Below are positions 52,542 through 61,941 of a stretch of DNA of 64,000 nt, one piece after another. The position numbers were made by a program, and so were the translations under genes. Numbering within the stretch: the stretch's first letter is position 1; each line of letters starts with the position of its first letter. The DNA comes from a virus. Below the pieces are notes generated by a model. It made no database searches. It was not told the DNA's origin and saw nothing but the letters and a program-made list of their open reading frames with translations. Location: positions 1-64,000 of IMG/VR virus record IMGVR_UViG_3300046694_000291; one strand, 5' to 3'.

Positions 52542-54395
52542 ATGTCCTGGTACGACGTCTTCCGGCGGAGCAGCCCCGCACTCACGGCCGCCGGACTGCC
52601 GCAGGCGCCTCAGCCCGAGGCGCTCACCGCCGCCGCCGCCCCGCCCAAGGGACCCCAGGCCCAGTTCCTCCGCCACACCGACAAGTGGCAGAACGAAGTC
52701 TGGGCCTACTACGACAACCTCGGCGAGTTCAACTTCGGGGTCGGCTGGCAGGCGTCCATGCTCAGCCGGGTACGGCTGCGCGCCGCCCGGCTCCAGCCCG
52801 ACGCCGACGAGCCGGACATCCAGATGGAGGGTCCGGCGGCCGAACTGATGATGAACTTCGGGGGCGGTGTCACCGGCCAGGCGCAGCTCATGAAGCGTCT
52901 CACCGTCGGCCTCCAGGTCCCCGGCGAGTGCTACCTGATCGGCGAGGAGCAGTCCGACAAGACCGAGAAGTGGATGGTCCGGTCGGTCGACGAGATCCGC
53001 TCCCAGTCCAAGACCTACTACGTCATGGACGAGGAGTCGGTCAACGCGGGACAGGACTGGCGGGAGATCGCCAAGAACGCCCTCGTCACCCGGGTGTGGC
53101 GCCCGCACGACCGGTACTACCACCTCGCCGACTCCCCGGCCCGCTCGGCCCGGGAGATCATGCGGGAGCTGGAGCTGGTCAACCGGAAGATCCAGGCTGA
53201 GTACCTGTCCCGGCTCGCCTCGGCCGGGCTGCTCGGTATCCCGGACGAGCTGACGTTCCCGGTGCGCGAGGAGTTCGCCGACGCGCCCAACCCGCTCGTC
53301 GCCGAGTTCATCGAGATCGCTGCCACGGCCATCGAGAAGCCCGGCACGGCCAGCTCCGTCATCCCGATCCCGATCATGGGCCCGGCCGAGGCCATCGACA
53401 GCCTCAAGCTGATCGACTTCACGCTCAAGCTGGACGAGAAGATCATCGAGAAGCGGGACAGCGCCATCAAGCGCCTGGCCACGAAGCTCGACATGCCCGC
53501 CGAGATCCTGCTGGGCATGGGCGACGTGAACCACTGGGGGGCCTGGCAGCTCGAAGAGGGCGCGCTCAAGACGCACATCGCGCCGGTGGCGGAGCTGATC
53601 TGCGACTCCCTCACCCGGGGCTACCTCAAGCCCCGGCTCGAAGCCTCCCACCAGGACCCCACCGGCTGGGTCGTCTGGTACGACATGAGCGAGCTGGCCC
53701 TCCAGCCGGACCGCAGCGCGAACGCCACCGAGGCCTACGACCGGATGGAGCTGTCGGGCTCCTCGTTCCGGCGCGAGCTGGGCTTCGACGAGGACGACAT
53801 GCCCGAGGGGGACGATCTGAAGGAGCAGGTGCTCAAGAACCTGATCCGCAACGCCCCGCAGGCAGCGCCCTCGGCCGCCAACGAGCTGCTCGGGTCCGAG
53901 GTGCTGGACGTCGGAGCCTCTTCCACCTCCGGGGCCGAGGACGAGAAGGCCGACAACGACGCCAAGCAGGCGCAGCAGGAGGCTGCCGCTCCCGGGACCG
54001 GGAAGAACGCGCCCAAGGCAGCGCCACCCGGCGGCCCTCCGGGGTCCGGAGGCGGGAAGGAGAGCACGCCTCCCGCCAAGGCCGCCGCCCAGGCCAAGTA
54101 CCTCGAACAGGCGCGCACCCAGCACATGGTCAGGTTCCCGGCCGTCGGGCACGAATGGGAGCTGATCCACCCCCAGCTCTGCCACGACCACGAGTACACC
54201 TGCCCGTACACGCACGTCGTGTCCCGGCGGGCGCCCGAGCAGGTTCCCGGATCTCCGGGCACGTACCTCGTCCACCTGGACGGCCTCGGTCTGCTGCGCA
54301 TCGACGGGCGCGCGCCGTTCATCGACACCCGGAACCTGATCAGCACCCGTCTCCGTCCCCGGGACACGAACCGGATGGAGGCCGTCCGTGGCTGA
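52542..54395 (+). CDS. portal protein
   Basis: LTAAA, WQNEVW, VWRPH...ADSPAR, NHWGAWQ; position between terminase and protease. Confidence 0.8.
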   Translation: MSWYDVFRRSSPALTAAGLPQAPQPEALTAAAAPPKGPQAQFLRHTDKWQNEVWAYYDNLGEFNFGVGWQASMLSRVRLRAARLQPDADEPDIQMEGPAAELMMNFGGGVTGQAQLMKRLTVGLQVPGECYLIGEEQSDKTEKWMVRSVDEIRSQSKTYYVMDEESVNAGQDWREIAKNALVTRVWRPHDRYYHLADSPARSAREIMRELELVNRKIQAEYLSRLASAGLLGIPDELTFPVREEFADAPNPLVAEFIEIAATAIEKPGTASSVIPIPIMGPAEAIDSLKLIDFTLKLDEKIIEKRDSAIKRLATKLDMPAEILLGMGDVNHWGAWQLEEGALKTHIAPVAELICDSLTRGYLKPRLEASHQDPTGWVVWYDMSELALQPDRSANATEAYDRMELSGSSFRRELGFDEDDMPEGDDLKEQVLKNLIRNAPQAAPSAANELLGSEVLDVGASSTSGAEDEKADNDAKQAQQEAAAPGTGKNAPKAAPPGGPPGSGGGKESTPPAKAAAQAKYLEQARTQHMVRFPAVGHEWELIHPQLCHDHEYTCPYTHVVSRRAPEQVPGSPGTYLVHLDGLGLLRIDGRAPFIDTRNLISTRLRPRDTNRMEAVRG

Positions 54396-57174
54396 CGACC
54401 ACCTCAACGGATGCATGATCGCCCTCATGCCGACGGCCGAGGACGCTGCCCGGCTCAAGGTCCCGGGCGGTGAGGCGGCCGGGGACCTCCACCTGACGCT
54501 GCACTTCCTCGGGGAGCAGGACGTCTGGGACGAGGACGCCAAGGCCGACCTGCTGATGTGCATGCGGTACGCCCTCGACTGGTACGACGGCGGAGACATC
54601 ACCGCGAACATCTTCGGCGTGGCGCACTGGGGAGCCAACACCACCAAACCGTCCTGGGTGTGGAACGTCGGCTCGGGACAGGTCGGCTCCTGGGAGGACC
54701 AGCTCCAGTGGATCAAGTCGGTGGCCACGTGCGCCCTGGAGGACATGCACAGGCAGCCCGAACTGCCCCAGCAGTACTGCCCGTGGGTGGCGCACATCTG
54801 CGCCTGGTACACCGCTGACCTGACCCCCGTCCGCAACCTGGAGAAGCGCCTCGGCCCGGTCACGTTCGACCGGCTGCGGGTCTCCTTCGGGCCGGAGGAC
54901 CACGACTTCCCGCTCAAGCCACCGGAGCCCGTCACGGCCGCCGGGATGCTGCGCCGACAGACCAAGCCCTACGAGGAGCACGTCAACTTCGCCGAGCAGA
55001 ACAGGCAGTGGACCGAGGCCGTCAACAGCACCACCAACCGCCTGCACACGGAGCTGGCCGACTGGCGGCAGCAGATCCGCAACCAGCTCGCGGCCGGGCC
55101 GGACAACCCCGCCACGCTGGCCTCCCTGCACGTCGACACCACGGCCGCCGCCCACGTCCTGCACGACGAGATGAAGTCCCTCGCCGAGCAGGCCGGACGG
55201 TCCGTGGAGCGGGAAGCGGAGGCACAGGGCGTCCAGGTGCCCGACTGGTCCCTGCCGGAGGATGCCTCCGAGGAAAGCCTCACGGCCGCCCTCGGCGGAA
55301 AAGCGCTGCTCCGGGGCATGTCCCAGATGACGGCCGACCTGATGGCGTCCAACATGGTCCAGAGCGCCAAGCGCTACACCATCGGGCTCATCACCCAGCG
55401 CCGGAGCGGGGACGACATCGCCGGGGCGGTCGACCGGCAGCTCCAGGCCGGACAGGAGCGCGCGGTCCAGGCGCCGGTCAAGGCGTCCATGTCCGCCGCC
55501 CAGACCCTCGGCCGCAACACCGTGCTCAGTGCGGCGCCGGAGGCGGAGAGCTACACCGCCTCCGAGTCCCTCGACCAGAACACCTGCAAGGCCTGCATCG
55601 CCGTGGACGGCCAGGTGTTCACCGGGCTCGCTGCGGCCATCAGCGCGTACCCCGTCATGGGCTACGCCGGGTGCGCGGGCTCCGCTCACGGCAATCCCTG
55701 CCGGGGCTTCATCGTGGCGAACTGGGGCTCCGGCTCGGCCGCCACTGCCTCTGCGGCTATCCTGCGCGCAGATGATCGGCCCGAGGAGGCCCCCGTGACA
55801 ACCGAGACCGAGGCCCTGAAGAAGGGTGACCCCAACCCGGGGACCGACAAGGACAAGCGGCTCAAGGAGAACCAGAAGTCGGGCTCCGAGGAGACCGAGG
55901 AGTTCGCCGAGACGGCCGAGGCGAAGCCCTTCAGCGGCGCGACCCGGCCGTGGCGCGGCCCGCTCACCGTGGAGGGCATCGAGACCGGCGACGGCCGCGA
56001 GTTCGACACCGACTCCCTCACGTGGGCCGACCTCCCGCTCCCGCTGCGCTGGAACCGCGTCGACTCCCACGGCGGTGAGGCGCGCACCGAGGCCGTCAAC
56101 GTCGGCAACATCACCCGGATCTGGCGCGAGGACAGCGGCCTGATCATGGGGGAGGGTCTGCTCGACCTCGGGGACGACGACGGCCGCAACGTGGAGCGCA
56201 AGATCGAGGGCGAGTTCCTGCGGGGCGTCTCGGTGGACGTCGACTCCATCAAGGACGCCGACATGGAGCTGGTCTGGCCCGAGGCGCCGGATGGTGAGGA
56301 CGCCGACACCGACCCCTTCGCGCAGCTCTTCGCGTCTCCCGAGAAGGTCATCTTCCACAAGGGCCGTATCCGGGCCGCCACGCTGGTGGACATCCCGGCC
56401 TTTGCCGAGGCGTACATCGCCCTGCTGGACGAGGCGGGCGCGGTCGTCGCCGGGGGCACGCCGATCGGCTCGCTGCGGGAGTCCCGCCCGGTCAAGCACC
56501 GGACGCTGGGCGTCGAGGTCCGGGAGCGGCCGAGCCGGGACTGGTTCACCAACCCGGACCTGTCCGTCCCGACCGGCATCACCGTCACCCCCGAGGGCCG
56601 GGTCTACGGCCACGCCGCTCTGTGGGGGACCTGCCACATCGGGCAGGCCGGACTGTGCGTCACCCCGCCGCAGGAGGACGCCCACCCGTACTTCATGACC
56701 GGGGCGGTCTACACCGACGAGGGCGACATGGTGAGCGTCGGCTCGATCACCCTCGGTACCGGGCACGCGGACATCACCGCCGGGCACCGGGCCGCCACGG
56801 AGCACTACGACAACACCGGCACGGCCGTGGCGGACGTCGCCGTCGGCAACGACGCGCACGGCATCTGGGTCGCCGGGTCGGTCCGGCCGGGCACGGCGCC
56901 GGAGCGCATCCACGAACTGCGCGCCTCGGGCCAGGTCTCCGGTGACTGGCGCAACATCGGCGGCAAGCTCCGCCTCGTCGGCCTGCTCGCGGTCAACGTG
57001 CCCGGGTTCCCGGTGCCGAAGATCAAGGCCCAGTACACCGGTGGGCACCAGCTCGCGCTGGTGGCGGCCGGGCTCCCGGCCCTCACCGAGGGCTGGACGG
57101 AAGAGGATCTGGATCAGTGGGCCTACGCTCGTATCCTGAGCAGGCTCGGTGACCGGGTGCACGGGAAGGGATGA
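54388..57174 (+). CDS. 2H-phosphoesterase / MuF-like / capsid maturation protease fusion
   Basis: HLTL and AHIC 2H motifs; LDQNTCKAC...CRG; ETGDGREF...GVSVD...VYGHAALWGTCH...SGDWR. Confidence 0.75.
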   Translation: MADDHLNGCMIALMPTAEDAARLKVPGGEAAGDLHLTLHFLGEQDVWDEDAKADLLMCMRYALDWYDGGDITANIFGVAHWGANTTKPSWVWNVGSGQVGSWEDQLQWIKSVATCALEDMHRQPELPQQYCPWVAHICAWYTADLTPVRNLEKRLGPVTFDRLRVSFGPEDHDFPLKPPEPVTAAGMLRRQTKPYEEHVNFAEQNRQWTEAVNSTTNRLHTELADWRQQIRNQLAAGPDNPATLASLHVDTTAAAHVLHDEMKSLAEQAGRSVEREAEAQGVQVPDWSLPEDASEESLTAALGGKALLRGMSQMTADLMASNMVQSAKRYTIGLITQRRSGDDIAGAVDRQLQAGQERAVQAPVKASMSAAQTLGRNTVLSAAPEAESYTASESLDQNTCKACIAVDGQVFTGLAAAISAYPVMGYAGCAGSAHGNPCRGFIVANWGSGSAATASAAILRADDRPEEAPVTTETEALKKGDPNPGTDKDKRLKENQKSGSEETEEFAETAEAKPFSGATRPWRGPLTVEGIETGDGREFDTDSLTWADLPLPLRWNRVDSHGGEARTEAVNVGNITRIWREDSGLIMGEGLLDLGDDDGRNVERKIEGEFLRGVSVDVDSIKDADMELVWPEAPDGEDADTDPFAQLFASPEKVIFHKGRIRAATLVDIPAFAEAYIALLDEAGAVVAGGTPIGSLRESRPVKHRTLGVEVRERPSRDWFTNPDLSVPTGITVTPEGRVYGHAALWGTCHIGQAGLCVTPPQEDAHPYFMTGAVYTDEGDMVSVGSITLGTGHADITAGHRAATEHYDNTGTAVADVAVGNDAHGIWVAGSVRPGTAPERIHELRASGQVSGDWRNIGGKLRLVGLLAVNVPGFPVPKIKAQYTGGHQLALVAAGLPALTEGWTEEDLDQWAYARILSRLGDRVHGKG

Positions 57175-57179
57175 CCGAC

Positions 57180-57260
57180 ATGTGTGGCTGCAACCAGAAC
57201 CCTCCGCCCCCGCCTCCGCCCCCTCCGGGGCCCGGCGGTGCCGGAGGCACGAACGGCTGA
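57180..57260 (+). CDS. 26-aa MCGCN poly-Pro peptide
   Basis: MCGCNQNPPPPPPPPPGPGGAGGTNG* between protease and capsid genes. Confidence 0.5.
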   Translation: MCGCNQNPPPPPPPPPGPGGAGGTNG

Positions 57261-57368
57261 CCAGGCATTTACGCGTGCCGGTCCAAAGATATCGATCTTT
57301 GGCCGGTACGCGTTCTTGTGTTACCTTCCGGCCGACGTAGATCATTCCGGTCGCCCCTGGAGGTTGCA

Positions 57369-59162
57369 GTGCCGGAGCCTGAGCTTTTCGAAGCACCCGC
57401 AGACCTCACGCTCTCGGGTGACACGGAACTGGCTGAGCTGGAGACGCAGGCCGTAGCGGCCTACGACAGCATCAACGCGCGCGGTTCGTACACCGCCGAC
57501 GACGTGGCGTACGCGCAGCGTCTCGCCAAGGATCTGGACCGTATCCGGGCCGAGCTGCGGGTGCGCGCCACCCGGGCCCAGGAGCAGGCCACCCTCGCGC
57601 AGCAGGAGACCGAGCGCCAGATGGCGGCTCTGCGCCAGCGGGTGCACGGCGACGCCGAGGGCACCGAGCCCGTGACGGCCGCCGCTGCCGCCGGAGGCCA
57701 GACCATCGACATGAGCGAGATCGCCAAGGCGACCGCCGCCGGTGTCGCCATGGCCCTGTTCGGCGACGACGAGTCGAAGATCCAGAAGGCGCAGCAGCGC
57801 TTCGCGAGCCTCGGGGACACGGCCGCCAAGGCGCCCAAGCCCCGGGTCCAGGAGGGCGTCCCGAACGCGGTCACCGCGTCCATCGACATCCCCGGCGTCG
57901 CGCACGGCACCGAGCTGGGCGACCTCGCCGCGCTGAGCGAGGCCTTCCAGCGCAAGGCCAAGGCCATCCCGATCACCCGGGACGGCAAGGGAGCCCCGCA
58001 CCACCTCGTCGCCTCGGTCCGCAACTCGTTCGAGCACACGCTGGACGACCGCACCGACGCCGCCAAGGTCGAGAAGCTCTACCAGGAGATGACCAAGCCC
58101 GAGAACCAGCGGGCCCTGGTCGCCGGTGGTGGCTGGTGCGCCCCGAGCCAGATCATGTACGACTTCTTCAACATCGCCGAGGCGAGCGACGGTCTCATCG
58201 ACCTGCCCACCGTCGGCGTCAGCCGGGGCGGTATCCGCTTCCCGGTCAGCCCGGCCATCGGGGACGTGTTCTTCCAGAACGCGGGCTCCAGCCCGGCCTC
58301 GGGCTTCGGCGGCTTCGCGTTCAGCATGAGCAACGCGACCGATCCCTGGCTCTGGACGGAGACCGACGACCAGCTCACGGTCACCGGCTCGGTCAACAAG
58401 CCGACCCTCCGGGTCCCCTGCCCGACCTTCAGCGAGCAGCGCCTGGAGTGCTACGGCATCTCCCTCACGGCGGGCAACCTGACGGACGACGCCTACCCCG
58501 AGAGCACCCAGAACTTCATCCGCCTGCTCCGGGCCGCGTACAGCCACGCGATCAACGCGCGCCTGATCGGCCTCATGGACACGGCGGCCGGTGGCGCGAC
58601 CACCGTGGGCGCGGTCGCCACCGACGGCCCGGCCACCCGCTTGCTCAACGCGGTCGCGCTCGCCGCGATGGACTACCGGGCGAAGTTCGCCATGGGCACC
58701 ACCTCGGTCCTCGAAGTGGTCATGCCGTACTGGATCCGGGACATCATCCGGGCCGACCTCACGCTCCGGCCGCTCACCGACCTGAGCGCTCTGGCCGTGG
58801 CGGACGCGCAGATCGGCGCGTTCTTCTCGGCCCGCAACGTCCGCGTCCAGTGGGTCAACGACTACCAGGTGCGCGGCGCCAACCAGCCCGGCGCCAGCTC
58901 CAACCTCACGGTCTGGCCCGCCACGGTGAACTTCCTCGTCTACGCGGCGGGGACGTTCCTCCACGGCACCGGCCTCCAGCTCGACCTCGGTGTCATCCGG
59001 GACTCGGTCCTGAACGCGGAGAACGACTACACCGCGCTCTGGGCGGAGGAGTGCCACCTGATCGCTCAGGTCGGCCACTCGGCCCGCAAGTACACCTGCG
59101 CCTTCGCGGTCTCCGGCCAGGTCGGCGGAACAGTCGCAACCCCGAACGTCGCCCACGTCTGA
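57369..59162 (+). CDS. major capsid (hexamer) protein with N-terminal scaffold-like region
   Basis: ALVAGGGWCAPS..YD...IDLPTV..SRGG pattern; GGAGG RBS. Confidence 0.82.
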   Translation: MPEPELFEAPADLTLSGDTELAELETQAVAAYDSINARGSYTADDVAYAQRLAKDLDRIRAELRVRATRAQEQATLAQQETERQMAALRQRVHGDAEGTEPVTAAAAAGGQTIDMSEIAKATAAGVAMALFGDDESKIQKAQQRFASLGDTAAKAPKPRVQEGVPNAVTASIDIPGVAHGTELGDLAALSEAFQRKAKAIPITRDGKGAPHHLVASVRNSFEHTLDDRTDAAKVEKLYQEMTKPENQRALVAGGGWCAPSQIMYDFFNIAEASDGLIDLPTVGVSRGGIRFPVSPAIGDVFFQNAGSSPASGFGGFAFSMSNATDPWLWTETDDQLTVTGSVNKPTLRVPCPTFSEQRLECYGISLTAGNLTDDAYPESTQNFIRLLRAAYSHAINARLIGLMDTAAGGATTVGAVATDGPATRLLNAVALAAMDYRAKFAMGTTSVLEVVMPYWIRDIIRADLTLRPLTDLSALAVADAQIGAFFSARNVRVQWVNDYQVRGANQPGASSNLTVWPATVNFLVYAAGTFLHGTGLQLDLGVIRDSVLNAENDYTALWAEECHLIAQVGHSARKYTCAFAVSGQVGGTVATPNVAHV

Positions 59163-59195
59163 TCACCCCTCCTCACCCGGAGGGGGTGACCACCG

Positions 59196-59486
59196 ATGGC
59201 AGCCTTCACCAGTGCCGAAGTCAGCGTGGCTACCGCCACGCCGGTCAAGGTCGCGGACTCGGACGACTTCGCTCGACGGGTCTACACCTCGGACAACACG
59301 GCTGCTTTCAGGCTGGCGTTCTCCAGCGGAACCGCCTCGACCGGGGCGTTCGTCAGCAAGCTGTCCGGCTTCAACTCGGGGGCTGTCGACTTCCTGCTCC
59401 CGGCCGGACAGGAGCTGTGGGTGTTCCAGGCTTCCGGGTCCACCCAGACGATCAACGTGCTCGTGACTACGGACGGGGAGGTGTGA
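59196..59486 (+). CDS. putative virion protein
   Basis: Beta-rich ORF in the head module. Confidence 0.55.
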   Translation: MAAFTSAEVSVATATPVKVADSDDFARRVYTSDNTAAFRLAFSSGTASTGAFVSKLSGFNSGAVDFLLPAGQELWVFQASGSTQTINVLVTTDGEV

Positions 59487-59489
59487 CCT

Positions 59490-60404
59490 GTGGCCGGAGT
59501 ACGGCAGATCGTCGAGGGGCCGGGATTCGTCCCGCTCCCCAATTTCCTGTGGGACGCAGCGGAGCACCCGACGGCCGACGCGCACTGGCAGCAGGGCATC
59601 ACCTGGATCGAGCGCTGCGGCGGCGGAGGCACCGTCTACGACGAGTGCATCGCCGTCACAGGCACCGGGGGCACCCCGGGGGCCCAGGCGTCCATGGCCA
59701 GCAACGTCAACCAGGTCAACCGGGGCGCGACGCCGTTCACCGTCTACGCGGAGTTCGACTGCGCCCCGGTCGGCAACGGCCTGACCCAGGCAGATCTGAC
59801 CGACAGGGCCGAGGAGGCCCTGCTCCGGATGGAGCCCTACATCGTCAGCCGGGCCTTCTGGACCGGCTCGGCGGGCAAGTCATCCACCACCCCGCAGAAC
59901 ACCGTCTGGCCCCACCTGGCCTCGAACTCCACCCTGGACGACACCTCGTCCATCCGCCTCCAGACGGCTGCGACCCAGCTCGTCACCGGCGGGGACGATG
60001 TGGCGATCGCGCTCGGGGCGGTGGAGGCACAGCTCGCGAGCTGCTACGGCGGCCAGGGCGCCATCCACATCCCGTACGCGGCCCTGCCGACCTTCGTGGC
60101 CCGGGGCCTGGTGAAGCAGGAGTCGGTCGGCGGACCGATCTACACCACGGCCGGGAACCGGGTCATCCCGGGCCTCGGCTACTCCGGCTCGGGACCGGAC
60201 GGCTCCGCCGCTGCCGCCGGAACGAGCTGGATCTACGGCACCGGCCCGGTGTTCGCCTACCGGTCGGACGTGTTCGCCCGGCCGTTCCCGAGCACCTTCG
60301 ACCGGTCCGAGAACACAGTGAAGTACCTCGCCAGCCGGACGTACCTGCTCGGATTCGGGTGCTGCCACGTGGCAGCGCTCACCACGCTCGGCGTTCCCAC
60401 GTAA
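59490..60404 (+). CDS. second capsid (pentamer-type) protein
   Basis: HWQQGI..., PFTVYA..DC, T.AGN.V..G.GY, N....ASRTY. Confidence 0.68.
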   Translation: MAGVRQIVEGPGFVPLPNFLWDAAEHPTADAHWQQGITWIERCGGGGTVYDECIAVTGTGGTPGAQASMASNVNQVNRGATPFTVYAEFDCAPVGNGLTQADLTDRAEEALLRMEPYIVSRAFWTGSAGKSSTTPQNTVWPHLASNSTLDDTSSIRLQTAATQLVTGGDDVAIALGAVEAQLASCYGGQGAIHIPYAALPTFVARGLVKQESVGGPIYTTAGNRVIPGLGYSGSGPDGSAAAAGTSWIYGTGPVFAYRSDVFARPFPSTFDRSENTVKYLASRTYLLGFGCCHVAALTTLGVPT

Positions 60405-60414
60405 GGGGTGAACA

Positions 60415-61113
60415 GTGGTAGCTACCGTTTCTACGTGCGTGACCCCGATCAAGGGAACGCACTACCGGGTCGTCAAGCTCGACGTCTGCGGCAACCCGGT
60501 GACCGGCACCGGGTCCATGCAGATCGTCAGCAAGGGCTTCGTCCAGGTCCAGATGGAGCCGCAGTACGAGGACGGCGAGGAGTTCTTCGAGCGCACCGCC
60601 GACGGCACCCCCTGCGTCAACCAGAAGGACGACCCGGTCCTCAAGCGTATGCAGCTCACGATCGACTTCTGTGAGATCAACTCGACAGGTACCGCGTACC
60701 TGTCCAGTGCTCGCGAGCTGACCGTGAACGCGGCCGGGGTCACCGGCTCGGGCTTCGCCGTGGCCGAGGGCCAGCCCACCAACCGGTACTCCCTGGAGGT
60801 GTGGCAGAAGGTCGCCGGATCGTCCGCCTGCGACGCCACCGGTGCGCAGCGGTACATCTACAACGCCTGGCCCAACTGCGGCGCCTCCAAGTTCGGCACG
60901 TACACCGTGGAGAACGCCCGCTCGACGCTCCAGATCATGTCCGAGACCCAGGCCGGGTCGACCTCGGCCACCATCGGCTGGCTCCGGGGACCGGACGGCG
61001 CCACCTCCTGGCTCCCGACCGGGGACACCCTCGGCGCCGGAGAGCACTGGCTCTGGAACGTCACCACGACTGCTCCGCCCTCGCCTCAGTGCAACCCGAG
61101 TTCGGTCGCCTGA
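60415..61113 (+). CDS. major tail protein-like
   Basis: RVVKLDVCGNP...GFVQV...YSLEVW pattern. Confidence 0.62.
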   Translation: MVATVSTCVTPIKGTHYRVVKLDVCGNPVTGTGSMQIVSKGFVQVQMEPQYEDGEEFFERTADGTPCVNQKDDPVLKRMQLTIDFCEINSTGTAYLSSARELTVNAAGVTGSGFAVAEGQPTNRYSLEVWQKVAGSSACDATGAQRYIYNAWPNCGASKFGTYTVENARSTLQIMSETQAGSTSATIGWLRGPDGATSWLPTGDTLGAGEHWLWNVTTTAPPSPQCNPSSVA

Positions 61114-61415
61114 TGGGTGCGGTCCTTCATGCGGAGCAGCGGTGGGTCTGCCCCAACTGTCCGGCTGCCGTACGGACGGCGGGGCAGCCCAACCGCTTCC
61201 ACAACTGCTCGGGGCTCGGGGGCCTCTCGGCTCCCATGGTCCTGGAGGGCGTGGACTGCAAGGTCGTCATGGTCGAGCGGGAAGACTACCTCGGCAACGA
61301 GGACGCCAGGCTCGTCAACGGGCGGCCGGTCATGGCCGTCAAGGTCGAACGGGCAGACGGCTCCAGCGACTGCGTCGTCTACGCCCCCACGGCGAAGGCG
61401 GTAGGGGAGAACTGA
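61113..61415 (+). CDS. hypothetical protein
   Basis: WVCPNC...FHNC...EREDY. Confidence 0.6.
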   Translation: MGAVLHAEQRWVCPNCPAAVRTAGQPNRFHNCSGLGGLSAPMVLEGVDCKVVMVEREDYLGNEDARLVNGRPVMAVKVERADGSSDCVVYAPTAKAVGEN

Positions 61416-61416
61416 G

Positions 61417-61923
61417 ATGGCCTTCACCAGCAGCAGCATGTTCCGGGCCTGGACGGCCGCTGTCCTGGGCCAGGGGCAGACCGCCGCCGTGCTCCCGGCC
61501 GCGTACGCGGGCCTCGGGGCCGACACGGTCAACGTGGCGCTCTTCAACAACACGGGCACGCCGGACAAGGACGCCGCCCTCACCAGCACCGGCTACAACA
61601 CCGGTCAGTGGGTCACGGCGAACGAGGTCACCGGCTCGGGTATCTGGGCTGCGGCCGGTCGGCCCCTGGCAGGCAAGACCATCACCAACCCGGCCACCGG
61701 CGTCACCATGTTCGACGCCACGGACCTGGCCGGTGCGGGCACCGGCACCCTGGCCAACGTCTACGGCTGCCTGGTGTACGACGACACGATCACCGCCGGG
61801 ACCGGCGGCGTAGCCGACGAGGGGATCTGCTTCAACTACTTCGGCGGTGCGCAGTCGGTGACCTCCGGCACTTTCACGATCGTCTGGAACGCCAACGGCA
61901 TCGCCCGGATTACCTCGTCCTGA
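61417..61923 (+). CDS. putative virion/tail protein
   Basis: NVALF...NEVTG...FDATD...FGG...GTFTIVWNANGI. Confidence 0.65.
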   Translation: MAFTSSSMFRAWTAAVLGQGQTAAVLPAAYAGLGADTVNVALFNNTGTPDKDAALTSTGYNTGQWVTANEVTGSGIWAAAGRPLAGKTITNPATGVTMFDATDLAGAGTGTLANVYGCLVYDDTITAGTGGVADEGICFNYFGGAQSVTSGTFTIVWNANGIARITSS

Positions 61924-61941
61924 TCGGTCGGGGGTGATGTC

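Noticed and set aside
54340-59156. Very long antisense ORFs (1018 and 604 aa here, and similar ones elsewhere)
   Set aside because: Shadow frames of GC-rich genes with no motifs; of the 52044-54965 frame only the 52469-52044 end looks real
57369-60404. Two capsid genes as a novelty
   Set aside because: Separate hexamer and pentamer capsid proteins are already described in some actinophages
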